From contig CAVXTM010000012.1 of NCBI GenBank assembly GCA_963764725.1, positions 224,001-288,000 of the forward strand: a DNA stretch of 64,000 nt, in the 5' to 3' direction. The position numbers were made by a program, and so were the translations under genes. Within the stretch, counting starts at the first letter, position 1. The number at the start of each line of letters is the position of its first letter. Source of the DNA: an uncultured Gammaproteobacteria bacterium. GTDB taxonomy: Bacteria > Pseudomonadota > Gammaproteobacteria > JACCXJ01. The notes beneath the pieces were generated by a model. It saw only the letters and a program-made list of their open reading frames with translations. It searched no databases and was not told the DNA's origin. This document shows, piece by piece, positions 46,811 to 56,976 of this stretch.

Positions 46811-47860
46811 TCACAACGCTTGGCGCTCATCCTCGGTAAAGAGCCGCAGGCGGTAAAGACGCCAGGGGCCGGCATCCGCCCGCCGGCACATCCCGAAACG
46901 GAAGGGAGGGAGCATCCCTGGCAGCGTGTAACGCAGATCGGTGAACCATACGCAGCACGCCGCCCCGCCGCGGTCAACACGGTACACTGCGGGAAAACGC
47001 GCGAACTCGCGAAAACCGGCGAAGCCGTCCTGCAACCAGACCTCGCGCGCGAGCGGCGCCGTGCGGGGATCGGCGCCGAAGCGCGGGTAGCGCGTCCAGC
47101 GCGCGGCATCAGGCGCTACATAGGCGGCCGCCGTGGATGGAAATAGCCACGCGCCGGGGGACGCGAGCCCGTCCGGCCCGGCGAGCCGAAGATGGGTTTC
47201 GTAAACATCGAGCTCTCGTGAGACGATGATTTTCCAGTTGAACGGCGAGAACGGCTGCGCGATGGCGTGAACCCCGGCCTCGCCGAGCGCCCGGCCGCGG
47301 ACATAGGCGTGTCCGATGGCGAGCGCTTGTGTGTGGAGGAAATACTGCAAACCGAGATAACTCCCGAGCACGCCTAACGCCAAGATCGCCGCGCGCCGGG
47401 CGTTCCATTTGAAAGAGACCACTAGCCCGATCAGGAGCATCCCGGAAAAAACGGGATCGATGACATAGGTGATCGGCAGGGTCACTCGGTTTTGCGAAAA
47501 CGGCGCCCAGATCTGCGTGCCGTAGGCCGTAATCAAATCGCCCCCGATATGCGCGCTGATCCCGAGCACGCATAGCGGATAAAAAGCTTGCCATCCGTGC
47601 GCGCCGCCTAGCAGATACGGGCACGCCGCGGCCACCAGACCCGCCCACAGGGGCATCAGCACCAGAGAATGCGTCAGCCCTTGGTGTAGATTGAGATAGA
47701 CCAGCGGAGCGGCCCAAAAAACCAGATAATCGATGTCGGGAAACGCCGCCGCGATAAAACCCGCCGACACCCGTTGGCGCACGGGCACGCTGACAAATCG
47801 TGCCGCGCCGATGGCCTGGACCAGCAGAGCACCGCTCAGGCCATGGGTGAAGGTATCCAA
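46811..47860 (-). CDS. Membrane-bound metal-dependent hydrolase (YdjM-like)
   Basis: MD..TH, PDID, H.GLTHS, H...D..T.YGT and several TM helices. Confidence 0.88.
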   Translation of the reverse strand: MDTFTHGLSGALLVQAIGAARFVSVPVRQRVSAGFIAAAFPDIDYLVFWAAPLVYLNLHQGLTHSLVLMPLWAGLVAAACPYLLGGAHGWQAFYPLCVLGISAHIGGDLITAYGTQIWAPFSQNRVTLPITYVIDPVFSGMLLIGLVVSFKWNARRAAILALGVLGSYLGLQYFLHTQALAIGHAYVRGRALGEAGVHAIAQPFSPFNWKIIVSRELDVYETHLRLAGPDGLASPGAWLFPSTAAAYVAPDAARWTRYPRFGADPRTAPLAREVWLQDGFAGFREFARFPAVYRVDRGGAACCVWFTDLRYTLPGMLPPFRFGMCRRADAGPWRLYRLRLFTEDERQAL

Positions 47861-47869
47861 CCAAGAGAT

Positions 47870-48493
47870 CTAGTTCGGCGGTTCGAGGCCACTACCGGGC
47901 ACTGCCGCGCTTGGCCCCACCGTCGCGTGGGCGAAGCGTTCCGCGATGCCGAGCAAGCGCTCGAGAAACGCCTCCGTCGCGCCCGATCCCGGTGAATCGT
48001 CCCACATCCAGTAGCAGAACGTCGTGAGGTAAATGCCGGTCGTCGCCACCTCCTCGAACGCTCGTTGCACATAGGCGGCGTCACGATGCGCCGCCTCGCG
48101 GAACCACTGCACGGTGCGGCTCACGCGCATGATCCCCGGGATTTGAATATGCAAGTGGCCCGGTTCGAACTTGCCGGAGATCATCTGCCGGGTTATGCGC
48201 CGGTGCGGCGCCAAGGCGTTGAGCCAGGTCATAATGACCTGCCGAAAACGCTGCCGGGTCGTCAGGCTTAAAAAGCCGGGCGCCGTGGCGGCGTGCAGCA
48301 TCGCGGCGTCCGCACGGTCGAACCAGGCCTCGACGATATCCTCCTTTTCGCGGAAATAAACGCGCAGCTCATCGAGCGTGATCCCCGCGGCCTCGGCCAC
48401 CTCATGCAGGCGCACCACTTCCCACGAGCGCGGCTCGGCTAAAGCAAGGGCGGCATCAACGATCCGCTGTCTAAGATCCTGTTCGTGCTCCAA
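47870..48493 (-). CDS. TetR-like/COQ9-like regulator
   Basis: N-terminal HTH (IVDAALALAE..SW..V.L..VAEAAG) and C-terminal W..DDS....T..FL. Confidence 0.75.
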   Translation of the reverse strand: MEHEQDLRQRIVDAALALAEPRSWEVVRLHEVAEAAGITLDELRVYFREKEDIVEAWFDRADAAMLHAATAPGFLSLTTRQRFRQVIMTWLNALAPHRRITRQMISGKFEPGHLHIQIPGIMRVSRTVQWFREAAHRDAAYVQRAFEEVATTGIYLTTFCYWMWDDSPGSGATEAFLERLLGIAERFAHATVGPSAAVPGSGLEPPN

Positions 48494-48543
48494 CTGCGTG
48501 CGTTAAGGGTGACGATGGTACCTATGCTCAAGTATAGCGTTTA

Positions 48544-48574
48544 ATTCTGAATACCCGCCGTTTACGGCGGGCAC
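48544..48574. repeat. Partial copy (left end and first hairpin) of the three-hairpin element
   Basis: attctgaatacccgccgtttacggcgggcac matches the start of 9494-9611. Confidence 0.85.
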
Positions 48575-48738
48575 GCTCTTTAGTCGACTGCCCGTGGCGG
48601 CGGAACGTAAAGCGCTTGCCGGCACTACCGCGAAGGCGGAAACTATGAACAACTGCTGTAGTTCCAACATCGTTCTGCGCTTCAAATGCTTAGTTCGGCC
48701 CTAACAAGAAAACGCGCCTGAGGGCGGAGGGGAAAAAA

Positions 48739-49503
48739 ATGGGCGAACGGAAAATCGTCACCATCCACTCTTATCGCGGCGGGACGGGGAAATCCAACAT
48801 GACCGCTAACATCGCCGTTTGTGCGCAGGCAGCGGGCAAACGGGTCGCGGTGCTCGATACGGATCTGCAATCGCCCGGGATCCACATCCTCTTCAACTTC
48901 GATCAAGAGCGGATCAAACTGACCTTATACGACTTCTTGCGGGGCAAGTGCACCATTGCCCAAGTCGCTTACGACGTCTCCGAGCGTGGCAGTCCCGAAA
49001 CCCCAGGGAAATGCTGGTTGGTACCGGCATCGTTGAATGCTCAGGCCATTACACAGCTCCTCGATGAAGGCTACGATATCAACCGGCTGAGCGACAACTT
49101 TGATGAATTGCTGGACGCATTCGACCTCGATTACTTGTTCATCGACACCCACCCGGGGCTGAATAAGGAAAGCATGCTCGCCGCCACGCTTTCGGACGTC
49201 CTGATCATCCTGATCCGGCCCGATCAGCAAGACTACTACGGCACGGCCGTGTTGACCGAAATCGCGGCCAAGCTCGAGGTCCCAAAGGTTTACCTCATTG
49301 CCAATAAGGTGTACGCACGACTCGATCCGGCCGAGCTACGGGCGCGCCTGCAAGAGGTCTTTGGCTGTGAGGTCCTGGGGTTGATCCCTTTGAGCGAAGA
49401 CTTTGCTGAGCTAGCGAGCGAAGGCCTGTTCGTCCATCGCTATCCCGGGCGCCCAATCAGCCTCAGCATCCAGGACATTACCCAGCGCATACTGAACACA
49501 TGA
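48739..49503 (+). CDS. MinD/ParA-family ATPase
   Basis: HSYRGGTGKSN deviant Walker A, DTDLQSPGIH, IDTHPGLN and RPDQQDYYGT. Confidence 0.9.
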   Translation: MGERKIVTIHSYRGGTGKSNMTANIAVCAQAAGKRVAVLDTDLQSPGIHILFNFDQERIKLTLYDFLRGKCTIAQVAYDVSERGSPETPGKCWLVPASLNAQAITQLLDEGYDINRLSDNFDELLDAFDLDYLFIDTHPGLNKESMLAATLSDVLIILIRPDQQDYYGTAVLTEIAAKLEVPKVYLIANKVYARLDPAELRARLQEVFGCEVLGLIPLSEDFAELASEGLFVHRYPGRPISLSIQDITQRILNT

Positions 49504-49552
49504 ATCCCGGCCGCCCGATGTCAACCGAGGCGTCATTCCCCGGTCGCTGATA

Positions 49553-50548
49553 ATGGCCACCGATCAAGACCATGTCGCGCAGCTCATGGCGCAGCGCGAA
49601 GAGATCGAGGCGCCCTGCAATCCTTCACACTACCGTGTTCTAAAGCGCATTGCATCCAACCCGGACAACCATCTGGCGATCGGCTTTGGTGCCGGAAGTG
49701 CACCTGGTCTGGCCGGCAACCTCGCCCTCGCGGGTCTGCTGACTGAGCTCGGGCTGCGACCGTTTATCAAGGAGATCTGGGGCGTCTCGGTGGGTGCCAT
49801 CGTTGGTGGAGGCTGGAGCACCGGGCTATCCGTCGACCATATGCTGTCGCTCGTCGACGAGCTCGATCGCAAGGGTGCCGTGGATTTTGCTCGTTGGGAA
49901 GTCCTGGGGGCGGGACTGGCGCGTTTGCTTCGTTTCAAGCAATTACCCGACGGTCTGGTGCGCGGGCACCGCTTTCGCCAGGCGATAGAACGCGGGCTTC
50001 CGGTCCAGCGCTTCGAAGAGTGTGAAATACCCTTTCGTGCGATCGCCTGCACCGATGATGGGCACGCTCAAAAGATCATCTTCCGCCAGGGGCTGTTATT
50101 GAATGCCATCACGGCATCGATATGTATCCCGGGCATTGTGTTGCCGATCCTTGACTGGAACGGTCGAGCGTACGGTTATTTCGATGGTGCCGTGGTCGAA
50201 AAGACGCCCCTGGCTTCGATCATCGAAGAGCACCATCGCGAGGGGCGCAAGAGCCAACTGGTGGTGATCTGCACCCATTTCAGCGACTCGGGCCGCATCA
50301 AGAAACCGGTGGGGTTTATTCAGCGCATGTTAAACGCCATGCACCACTTACAAGATGAGGCTTGGGAATACCAGGCGCTGAAGGCGCGCGAGGCGCCCAA
50401 TTGCAAGTTTCTGGTCCTGAACCCGCACATGAAAGAAGGTACGGCCTTCGATTTTTCTGTGGTACGCTTCAATTATCTTTGGGCGAGAAAGATGTTCAAA
50501 GAACAATTATCCAACGCCAAGCTCGCCGTCCGTTTCGAGGCGCGGTAA
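49553..50548 (+). CDS. Patatin-like phospholipase
   Basis: Gly-rich GAGSAPG loop, nucleophile GVSVG and catalytic DGA. Confidence 0.8.
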   Translation: MATDQDHVAQLMAQREEIEAPCNPSHYRVLKRIASNPDNHLAIGFGAGSAPGLAGNLALAGLLTELGLRPFIKEIWGVSVGAIVGGGWSTGLSVDHMLSLVDELDRKGAVDFARWEVLGAGLARLLRFKQLPDGLVRGHRFRQAIERGLPVQRFEECEIPFRAIACTDDGHAQKIIFRQGLLLNAITASICIPGIVLPILDWNGRAYGYFDGAVVEKTPLASIIEEHHREGRKSQLVVICTHFSDSGRIKKPVGFIQRMLNAMHHLQDEAWEYQALKAREAPNCKFLVLNPHMKEGTAFDFSVVRFNYLWARKMFKEQLSNAKLAVRFEAR

Positions 50549-53295
50549 TGCGCTGGTTGCTCGACAGCAGCAGAGATGTCATGGGCGCCCTGCCCAGTGC
50601 GTACGATCCGATTCTCGTCATCGCCTCGGTGGCAATCGCTTGTCTGGCGGGCTATGCCGCTTTGAGCATTGCGGGTCGTATGGTTGCCACCGAACGGACG
50701 AGTGCAAAGATCTGGTGGCTCATCGGTGGAGTATGCACGATGGCCGCCGGGGGTTGGACCATGCATTTCGTCGGCATGCTCGCTTTTAAACTCCCGATCC
50801 CGGTCCAATATGATTCCCTGTTCACTGTCTTGTCCATGGCCCCCGTCATCCTGTTTGGCAGCGGCATCATGTCGTTTGTCAGTCGGCCATTTTTTGCCAA
50901 AGGACCACTGATTTTCAGTGCTATGCTCATGGGTGCCGGGATGGGCGGGACGCACGTCATCGGCATGGCGGCGATGCGGATGAAAGCCATCATGCTTTTC
51001 GATCCGGTCATCCTGACCCTTTCCATCATAGTCGGCGTGGTATTGTCCATCGCCGCGCTCTATGCGAATCTTCTGGCGCGGACCAAAGGCGCCGCGTCCT
51101 TATTTAACTGGCCTAAGCTCAGCGCGGCGTTGCTCATGGGTTTTGCCATTTCCGGTATGCATTATACCGGCATGGCGGCGACGTATTTTTTTCCCGGAAA
51201 TGGGGTTGATGCCGTCGGCACGGTGTTGGATCCGGTATCGTTGGGCTGGTGGGCCGGGATGATTTCGGTCTTTATCACAGGACTGGCAATCCTCATGACC
51301 CTGGTCGACAGCCGCCTAGAGGAGGCCGCCCGTTCGGAACGTCTGAGCCGCTCGCGACTCCTCGAAGCCATCGAGAGCATGTCCGATGGCTTCGCGCTGT
51401 ACGATACCGATGACCGGTTGGTCGTGTGTAACAGCCCGTTTCGTCAACGCATGTTTCCGGCGAGGCGCGAGGTGCGCAGTCTGCAAGGTATGTCGTTCGC
51501 CGACATCACCCGTGGCGCCGCCACGGCGGGTTTGATTCGCGAGGCAACAGGCCGGATAGATGATTGGGTGGCAGAACGATTGGCTCAACATCGTGACCCG
51601 CAGGGGCCACAAGTGCAGCAGTGGACCGACGGCCGCTGGATACAGTTCAATGAACGCCGCAACGAGGGCCTCGGTACCGTAACGGTATATACGGATATCA
51701 GCGAACTAAAGCAGAAAGAGATGGAACTGGAACGTGCCGCGGTAGAAGCCGAGCAAGCGCGTGGCGCGGCCGAGGAGGCCAATCGCACCAAGAGCGCGTT
51801 CTTGGCGAACATGTCCCATGAGCTGCGCACTCCACTCAACGCCATCATCGGCTACAGCGAGATGCTCCAGGAGGAGGCCCAAGACCTCGGCCAGGATAAT
51901 TTCGTGCCCGATCTCAACAAGATCCAGGGTGCCGGCAAGCACCTCTTGACCCTGATCAACGATATTTTGGACCTCTCGAAGATCGAGGCCGGGAAGATGG
52001 AGTTGCACTTCGAGAACGTGGATCTCGCGACCATAGTGCAGGAGGTCGTGAGCATGATCACGCCGCTCATCGAGAAGAACGACAACGTGTTGGCAGTTCG
52101 CTGCGAGGGTGATCTCGGCAGCATGCGGGCGGACCTGACCAAACTGCGCCAGGTCTTGTTCAACCTACTGAGCAACGCCAGTAAGTTCACCACCCACGGC
52201 ACCGTGACGCTCGGAGCCAACCGCGAGCAGGTCGATGGGGCCGATTGGATACGGTTTTTGGTCACGGATACCGGCATCGGGATGACGCCCGAGCAGATGG
52301 GGAGACTCTTCCAGGCCTTCTCGCAAGCCGATGCTTCCACCTCGCAGAAGTATGGTGGGACGGGGCTTGGGCTCCTCATCAGTCGCCGGTTCTGCCAGAT
52401 GATGGGGGGCGATGTGACGGTCGACAGCGCGCGGGGCGTTGGGTCCACCTTCACGGTCCGACTGCCGATCGATGGCGTGGCGCCGAAAATCGCACCGATG
52501 CCTCAGGCGGAACGGGGGTGGGCCGGTGGTTTGGCTCACCCCAAGAGGCGGCCGAGCGTATTGGTCATCGATGACGACGCTGTGGCGCAGGAACTAATGC
52601 GCCGCTTTCTGGACAAGCAGGGGCTTCCTATGGTGGGGGCGCAGAGTGGGGAGGAAGGAATACGGCTCGCCAAGGAGTTGCGGCCGGCGGTGATCATGCT
52701 CGATGTCTTGATGCCGGGAATGGATGGTTGGGCGGTATTGGCGGCATTGAAGGCGGACCCCGAGCTGGCCTCCATCCCGGTGATCATGGCGACAATCCTC
52801 GACGAGCAAAATATGGGTTTTGCCTTGGGGGCGACGGACTTCGTGACCAAGCCGATCGACCGGGCGTATCTCGCCCAGTTACTACAGAAGTACCGCTGCG
52901 CCCGTCTACCCTGTCCGGTGCTGGTGGTCGAGGACCATGCGGATCTGCGGGCGCTGATGCGGCGTATGCTGGAGCAAGAGGGCTGGGTGGTCGCGGAGGC
53001 CAAAAACGGGCGCGTGGCGCTTGATCGGATTGCCGAGAACCGACCCGAGCTCATCGTGCTCGATCTCATGATGCCGGAGATGGATGGCTTCAACTTTCTC
53101 GAGGCTCTGCGCCAGCATGAGGACTGGCGCGCGATCCCGATCGTGGTCGTCACGGCCAAGGATCTCACCGCGGAGGATCATCAGCGGCTCAATGGCTATG
53201 TACAATGCTTCATCCATAAAGGGGCGTATGGGCGCGAAGAGCTGCTGCAAGAACTTGGCGATCGGATCGCGGCGTGCTTGGGCAAGGTCGCATAG
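50548..53295 (+). CDS. Hybrid sensor kinase: MHYT-PAS-HisKA-HATPase-REC-REC
   Basis: MHF/MHYT TM repeats, PAS, FLANMSHELRTPLN, N/G1/F/G2 boxes and two receivers; ATG overlaps the patatin stop (TAATG). Confidence 0.93.
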   Translation: MRWLLDSSRDVMGALPSAYDPILVIASVAIACLAGYAALSIAGRMVATERTSAKIWWLIGGVCTMAAGGWTMHFVGMLAFKLPIPVQYDSLFTVLSMAPVILFGSGIMSFVSRPFFAKGPLIFSAMLMGAGMGGTHVIGMAAMRMKAIMLFDPVILTLSIIVGVVLSIAALYANLLARTKGAASLFNWPKLSAALLMGFAISGMHYTGMAATYFFPGNGVDAVGTVLDPVSLGWWAGMISVFITGLAILMTLVDSRLEEAARSERLSRSRLLEAIESMSDGFALYDTDDRLVVCNSPFRQRMFPARREVRSLQGMSFADITRGAATAGLIREATGRIDDWVAERLAQHRDPQGPQVQQWTDGRWIQFNERRNEGLGTVTVYTDISELKQKEMELERAAVEAEQARGAAEEANRTKSAFLANMSHELRTPLNAIIGYSEMLQEEAQDLGQDNFVPDLNKIQGAGKHLLTLINDILDLSKIEAGKMELHFENVDLATIVQEVVSMITPLIEKNDNVLAVRCEGDLGSMRADLTKLRQVLFNLLSNASKFTTHGTVTLGANREQVDGADWIRFLVTDTGIGMTPEQMGRLFQAFSQADASTSQKYGGTGLGLLISRRFCQMMGGDVTVDSARGVGSTFTVRLPIDGVAPKIAPMPQAERGWAGGLAHPKRRPSVLVIDDDAVAQELMRRFLDKQGLPMVGAQSGEEGIRLAKELRPAVIMLDVLMPGMDGWAVLAALKADPELASIPVIMATILDEQNMGFALGATDFVTKPIDRAYLAQLLQKYRCARLPCPVLVVEDHADLRALMRRMLEQEGWVVAEAKNGRVALDRIAENRPELIVLDLMMPEMDGFNFLEALRQHEDWRAIPIVVVTAKDLTAEDHQRLNGYVQCFIHKGAYGREELLQELGDRIAACLGKVA

Positions 53296-53305
53296 GAGAA
53301 ATGCA

Positions 53306-53698
53306 ATGGCGAAGATCTTATTGGTGGAAGACAGCGAGATGAACCGAGACATGCTCGGGCGCCGCTTGCTGCGCCGGGGTTATGAGGTGCTCATCGCGGT
53401 CGATGGGGCCGAGGGCGTGGCGAAGGCCCAGGCCGATCCCCCTGATCTGATCTTGATGGACATGAGCCTGCCGGTCATGGACGGCTGGGAGGCCACCCGG
53501 CGCCTGAAGGCAGCGCCCGAGACCCAAGCGATCCCCATCATCGCCTTAACTGCCCATGCGATGGCGGGGGACCGCGAGCAGGCGATCGAGGCAGGCTCCG
53601 ATGACTACGACACGAAACCGATCGAGCTCGATAGGCTGCTCGGGAAAATTGAAGCTCTGTTGAACCAGGGCGCAGGGGGGTCCCATGACGGTCAATGA
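53306..53698 (+). CDS. Single-domain response regulator (DivK/CheY-like)
   Basis: ILLVED, ILMDMSLP, ALTAHAM and TKP. Confidence 0.92.
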   Translation: MAKILLVEDSEMNRDMLGRRLLRRGYEVLIAVDGAEGVAKAQADPPDLILMDMSLPVMDGWEATRRLKAAPETQAIPIIALTAHAMAGDREQAIEAGSDDYDTKPIELDRLLGKIEALLNQGAGGSHDGQ

Positions 53699-54755
53699 CA
53701 TGCCCGAGCCGGAGAGCGCGGCAAAGGCGGGTCGAGAGGCTGGCGCTGCGATCCCGGAGCCACAGGCTGCTTCTCATCTGCGCCATGAGTTGCGCACCCC
53801 CATCAACCACATCATCGGCTACAGTGAATTGCTGTTGGAGGAGGCCCGAGACAGTGCGTTACAACCCTTCTCCGGCGACTTTCAAAAGATCCACACAGCG
53901 GCGAAGACCCTACTCGGGATCCTAAACACCCTCGTCGATTCCCCAACGCCAACCACCGGCTCTCCTGTAACGGCCCCACAGCCGGCAGGCGATCCAACCC
54001 AGCTTCGTGAGGAAGACTCCGGCACTACCGTGACAGCCGAGCGTGAAGCAAGCGCGCCCTTATCCGGCCACCTCCTGGTCGTGGACGACAACGAGACCAA
54101 CCGCGACATGCTGTCCAAGCGCTTGCGGCATCAAGGTTATCGGGTAAGCATGGCAGAGGATGGCCGGCGAGCGTTGCTAGCGGTCCGGGACCAGTTGGTC
54201 GATCTGGTGCTGCTCGATGTGCTCATGCCGGAGATGGATGGCTACGAGACCCTGAAACAGATTAAGGCCGACCCGCGCCTGCGCGACATCCCCGTCATCA
54301 TGATCTCGGCGATCAATGAGATCCAGAGCGTCGTGCGCTGCATCGAGCACGGCGCGGAAGATTACCTCCCCAAGCCCTTCAATCCGGTACTGCTGCGTGC
54401 CCGCATCGGGGCCTGTCTCGAGAAGAAACGGCTGCGTGATCAGGAAGTGCTCTATCTCCAGGACGTGTCCCGCGTCACCGCCGCCGCAGCCGCCGTCGAG
54501 TCGGGTCAGTTCATGGCCGACACGATAGCCGAGGTGGGCAAGCGCCCAGACGAGCTCGGGAAACTCGCCCGCGTCTTCCAACGGATGGCGCAGGAAGTCG
54601 CGGCCCGTGAGCAACGCTTCAAGCAACAGATCGAGACCCTCCGCATCGAGATCGATGAGACCAAGAAGGCGCGCCAAGTCGCGGATCTCACCGAGACCGA
54701 TTTCTTCCAGAAGTTGCAGGCGCAGGCCCGAAACCGCCTGCGTTCAAAAAAATAA
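53685..54755 (+). CDS. HisKA-REC-coiled-coil signalling protein
   Basis: HELRTPINHIIGYSE without an ATPase domain, a receiver, a HAMP-like DELGKLARVFQRM and tail LRIEIDE..K.RQV...TETDFFQ.LQ. Confidence 0.85.
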   Translation: MTVNDMPEPESAAKAGREAGAAIPEPQAASHLRHELRTPINHIIGYSELLLEEARDSALQPFSGDFQKIHTAAKTLLGILNTLVDSPTPTTGSPVTAPQPAGDPTQLREEDSGTTVTAEREASAPLSGHLLVVDDNETNRDMLSKRLRHQGYRVSMAEDGRRALLAVRDQLVDLVLLDVLMPEMDGYETLKQIKADPRLRDIPVIMISAINEIQSVVRCIEHGAEDYLPKPFNPVLLRARIGACLEKKRLRDQEVLYLQDVSRVTAAAAAVESGQFMADTIAEVGKRPDELGKLARVFQRMAQEVAAREQRFKQQIETLRIEIDETKKARQVADLTETDFFQKLQAQARNRLRSKK

Positions 54756-54836
54756 CCTTCGTTCGCTAAACGGGAGGTGACGGAAGCTTGCTTACCGGCT
54801 GGCAACCGCGCCGAGGCGCGACTACACTGCTTGCAT

Positions 54837-55793
54837 ATGAGCACGGGATTCATCTACGAACCGGCCTACCTTGAGCACGACACCGGTCACGGACATCCCG
54901 AGTGCCGCCGGCGGCTCGAGGTGAGCCTGGCGCATCTGGCCGCGCAGCCGTGGTTCGAACGCACCAAACGCATCGCGGCGCGGCCGGCCGACATCGCGTG
55001 CATCGAAGCCATCCACGACCACGGCTATATTGAACGCGCACGGGAAGCCTGCGCGGGCGGGGAGCGGTACTTGGATTCCCCCGATGTTGCGATCTCGTCG
55101 CGGTCTTTCGATGCGGCTCTGCTCGCGGCGGGCGCGGGACTTGAAATGGCCGATCGGCTCCTCGGCGGGGAGATTGATAACGGTTTCGCCATGCTCCGGC
55201 CGCCGGGTCACCACGCCGAGCACGCTATGGCGCTCGGGTTCTGTCTCTTCAACAACGTTGCAATCCTGGCGCGTTATCTCCAGAAGCGCTACGGGATCGA
55301 TAAGGTGTTGATTCTCGATTGGGATGTGCACCACGGCAACGGCACCCAGCACAGCTTTTACTCGGATCCTTCTGTGCTCTACGTGAGCCTGCATCAATAC
55401 CCGTTCTATCCGGGCACCGGAGCCTGGGCAGAGACCGGGAGCGGTGCGGGCGCCGGGATGACTTTAAACTGTCCGATGGCGGCCGGCGCCACCGATGGCG
55501 ACTACCACGCGGCGTTCAGGGAACACATTCTGCCCAAGATCAACGCCTTTAAACCGGAATTTATCTTGATCTCGGCCGGCTTCGATGCGCACCGCGACGA
55601 CCCGCTCGCGGAGGTTTGCCTCACCACGGAGTGCTTCCGCTGGATGAGTCAACGCATGCTGGAAGCCGCTGACCAACATGCCGGGGGCCGGCTCATTGCG
55701 CTGCTCGAAGGCGGATACAACCTGCGGGCGCTGCCGCTCTGCATCGCCGAACATCTCAAGGTCCTCGCCGGTGTCCAGCCATCTCCGGCCTAA
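54837..55793 (+). CDS. Histone deacetylase-family amidohydrolase
   Basis: HPE, RPPGHHA, GFCLFNN, DWDVHHGNGTQ, SAGFDAH..DPL and EGGY. Confidence 0.95.
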   Translation: MSTGFIYEPAYLEHDTGHGHPECRRRLEVSLAHLAAQPWFERTKRIAARPADIACIEAIHDHGYIERAREACAGGERYLDSPDVAISSRSFDAALLAAGAGLEMADRLLGGEIDNGFAMLRPPGHHAEHAMALGFCLFNNVAILARYLQKRYGIDKVLILDWDVHHGNGTQHSFYSDPSVLYVSLHQYPFYPGTGAWAETGSGAGAGMTLNCPMAAGATDGDYHAAFREHILPKINAFKPEFILISAGFDAHRDDPLAEVCLTTECFRWMSQRMLEAADQHAGGRLIALLEGGYNLRALPLCIAEHLKVLAGVQPSPA

Positions 55794-55808
55794 GTGCGGA
55801 GGCTATCA

Positions 55809-56156
55809 ATGAACGAGCTTACTCGACGGCGCTGCAAACCCTGCGAAGGCGGTCTGCCAGCCTTGACCGCCTCCGAGGCCCGGGATCTCATAAACTATGT
55901 GCCGGGATGGGATCTTGCTAAAGATGCCAAGTCGATTTCGAAAACCTATCGATTCAAGGATTACCACGAAACGATGGCCTTCGCCAATGCCGTCGCCGCG
56001 ATCGCCCATGAGGAGGATCACCATCCGCTGATGGAGATCGGTTACCGAACCTGCGCGGTTCGCTATACGACGCACGCGATCGATGGCCTTTCGGAGAACG
56101 ATTTTATCTGCGCCGCCAAGGCCGATGCCCTCCTGACGCCGACGGATACCGCTTGA
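55809..56156 (+). CDS. phhB: Pterin-4a-carbinolamine dehydratase
   Basis: C.PCEGG, EDHHP and THAIDGLSENDFICAAK. Confidence 0.93.
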   Translation: MNELTRRRCKPCEGGLPALTASEARDLINYVPGWDLAKDAKSISKTYRFKDYHETMAFANAVAAIAHEEDHHPLMEIGYRTCAVRYTTHAIDGLSENDFICAAKADALLTPTDTA

Positions 56157-56241
56157 CACCGGATCGCCTGTGAGAGCTTGTGAATAAATCGACGGCGCCG
56201 CGTATGCGCGGGGATTTGCCTCGACGACGGCCTGCACCGGC

Positions 56242-56820
56242 TTAAACTTCTTCGCCCTTTCGCCTGAAAAACCAAAAAGCCGCACCGGCAATTAGCACAA
56301 AGACTGCGCTAATAGTCGCCCAAATGCCTAGCCCGGACCAGTCGCTTGCAGCCCCACCCGCCACCTGAAACGGAAACCGCAACACGTGCTTCTTGCCGCC
56401 CGGTGCCTCGATGCTCACGACTTCCACGAAGTATCCCGGTGCTTTAAACGTGTGGTCGATTTCGACGATCCCCGAGGAATAGGCCTTTGAGGGTAAACGT
56501 TGTAGAACCAGCGCCGTGCCGTCGCTGGAACCGTCGAGCGCCGCCGGCCACGACTCGACCTCGAGCAGCCGGGCCTCGGTTGGCATCGCGCGTAACTCTG
56601 CGTCGACATAATCGATCGTCAGAACGGTTGGTGCGGCGAGGGGAATATCCTCGCAGAACCTAATACTACCGGTCGCGGCTTGGTAAGCGTTGAAGTTGAC
56701 ATCGTATTCGCCGATTTTGCGCATGCATTTCTCGCTCGTCTCACTCTGCGCAACCGCAGTATGACTGACCACTAGGAACACCGCCACAACCGCTATCCGC
56801 CCACACATATGCGCCTTCAT
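56242..56820 (-). CDS. PmoD/AmoD-family periplasmic protein with a C-terminal membrane anchor
   Basis: Signal peptide, C-x23-C with F.AYQ and FCEDIP, DY.D.ELR.M, P.K.Y..G, RFPF.V and a C-terminal TM helix. Confidence 0.75.
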   Translation of the reverse strand: MKAHMCGRIAVVAVFLVVSHTAVAQSETSEKCMRKIGEYDVNFNAYQAATGSIRFCEDIPLAAPTVLTIDYVDAELRAMPTEARLLEVESWPAALDGSSDGTALVLQRLPSKAYSSGIVEIDHTFKAPGYFVEVVSIEAPGGKKHVLRFPFQVAGGAASDWSGLGIWATISAVFVLIAGAAFWFFRRKGEEV

Positions 56821-56976
56821 AACTTGCCTCCTGTTATAGTTGTAAAGATTTGCCCTGTCGTCCCGTCACTAAGGCTAGACTACGCGAGGTCAACACTCAA
56901 TCCCGGGGACTCGCGTTGCGCGCATTCTATCCAACGATGATTTGTGATCATGCCGTGACTTGACGTACAAAGCATC

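Noticed and set aside
48575-48738. Possible riboswitch upstream of the MinD operon
   Set aside because: No c-di-GMP or other riboswitch consensus could be matched by eye
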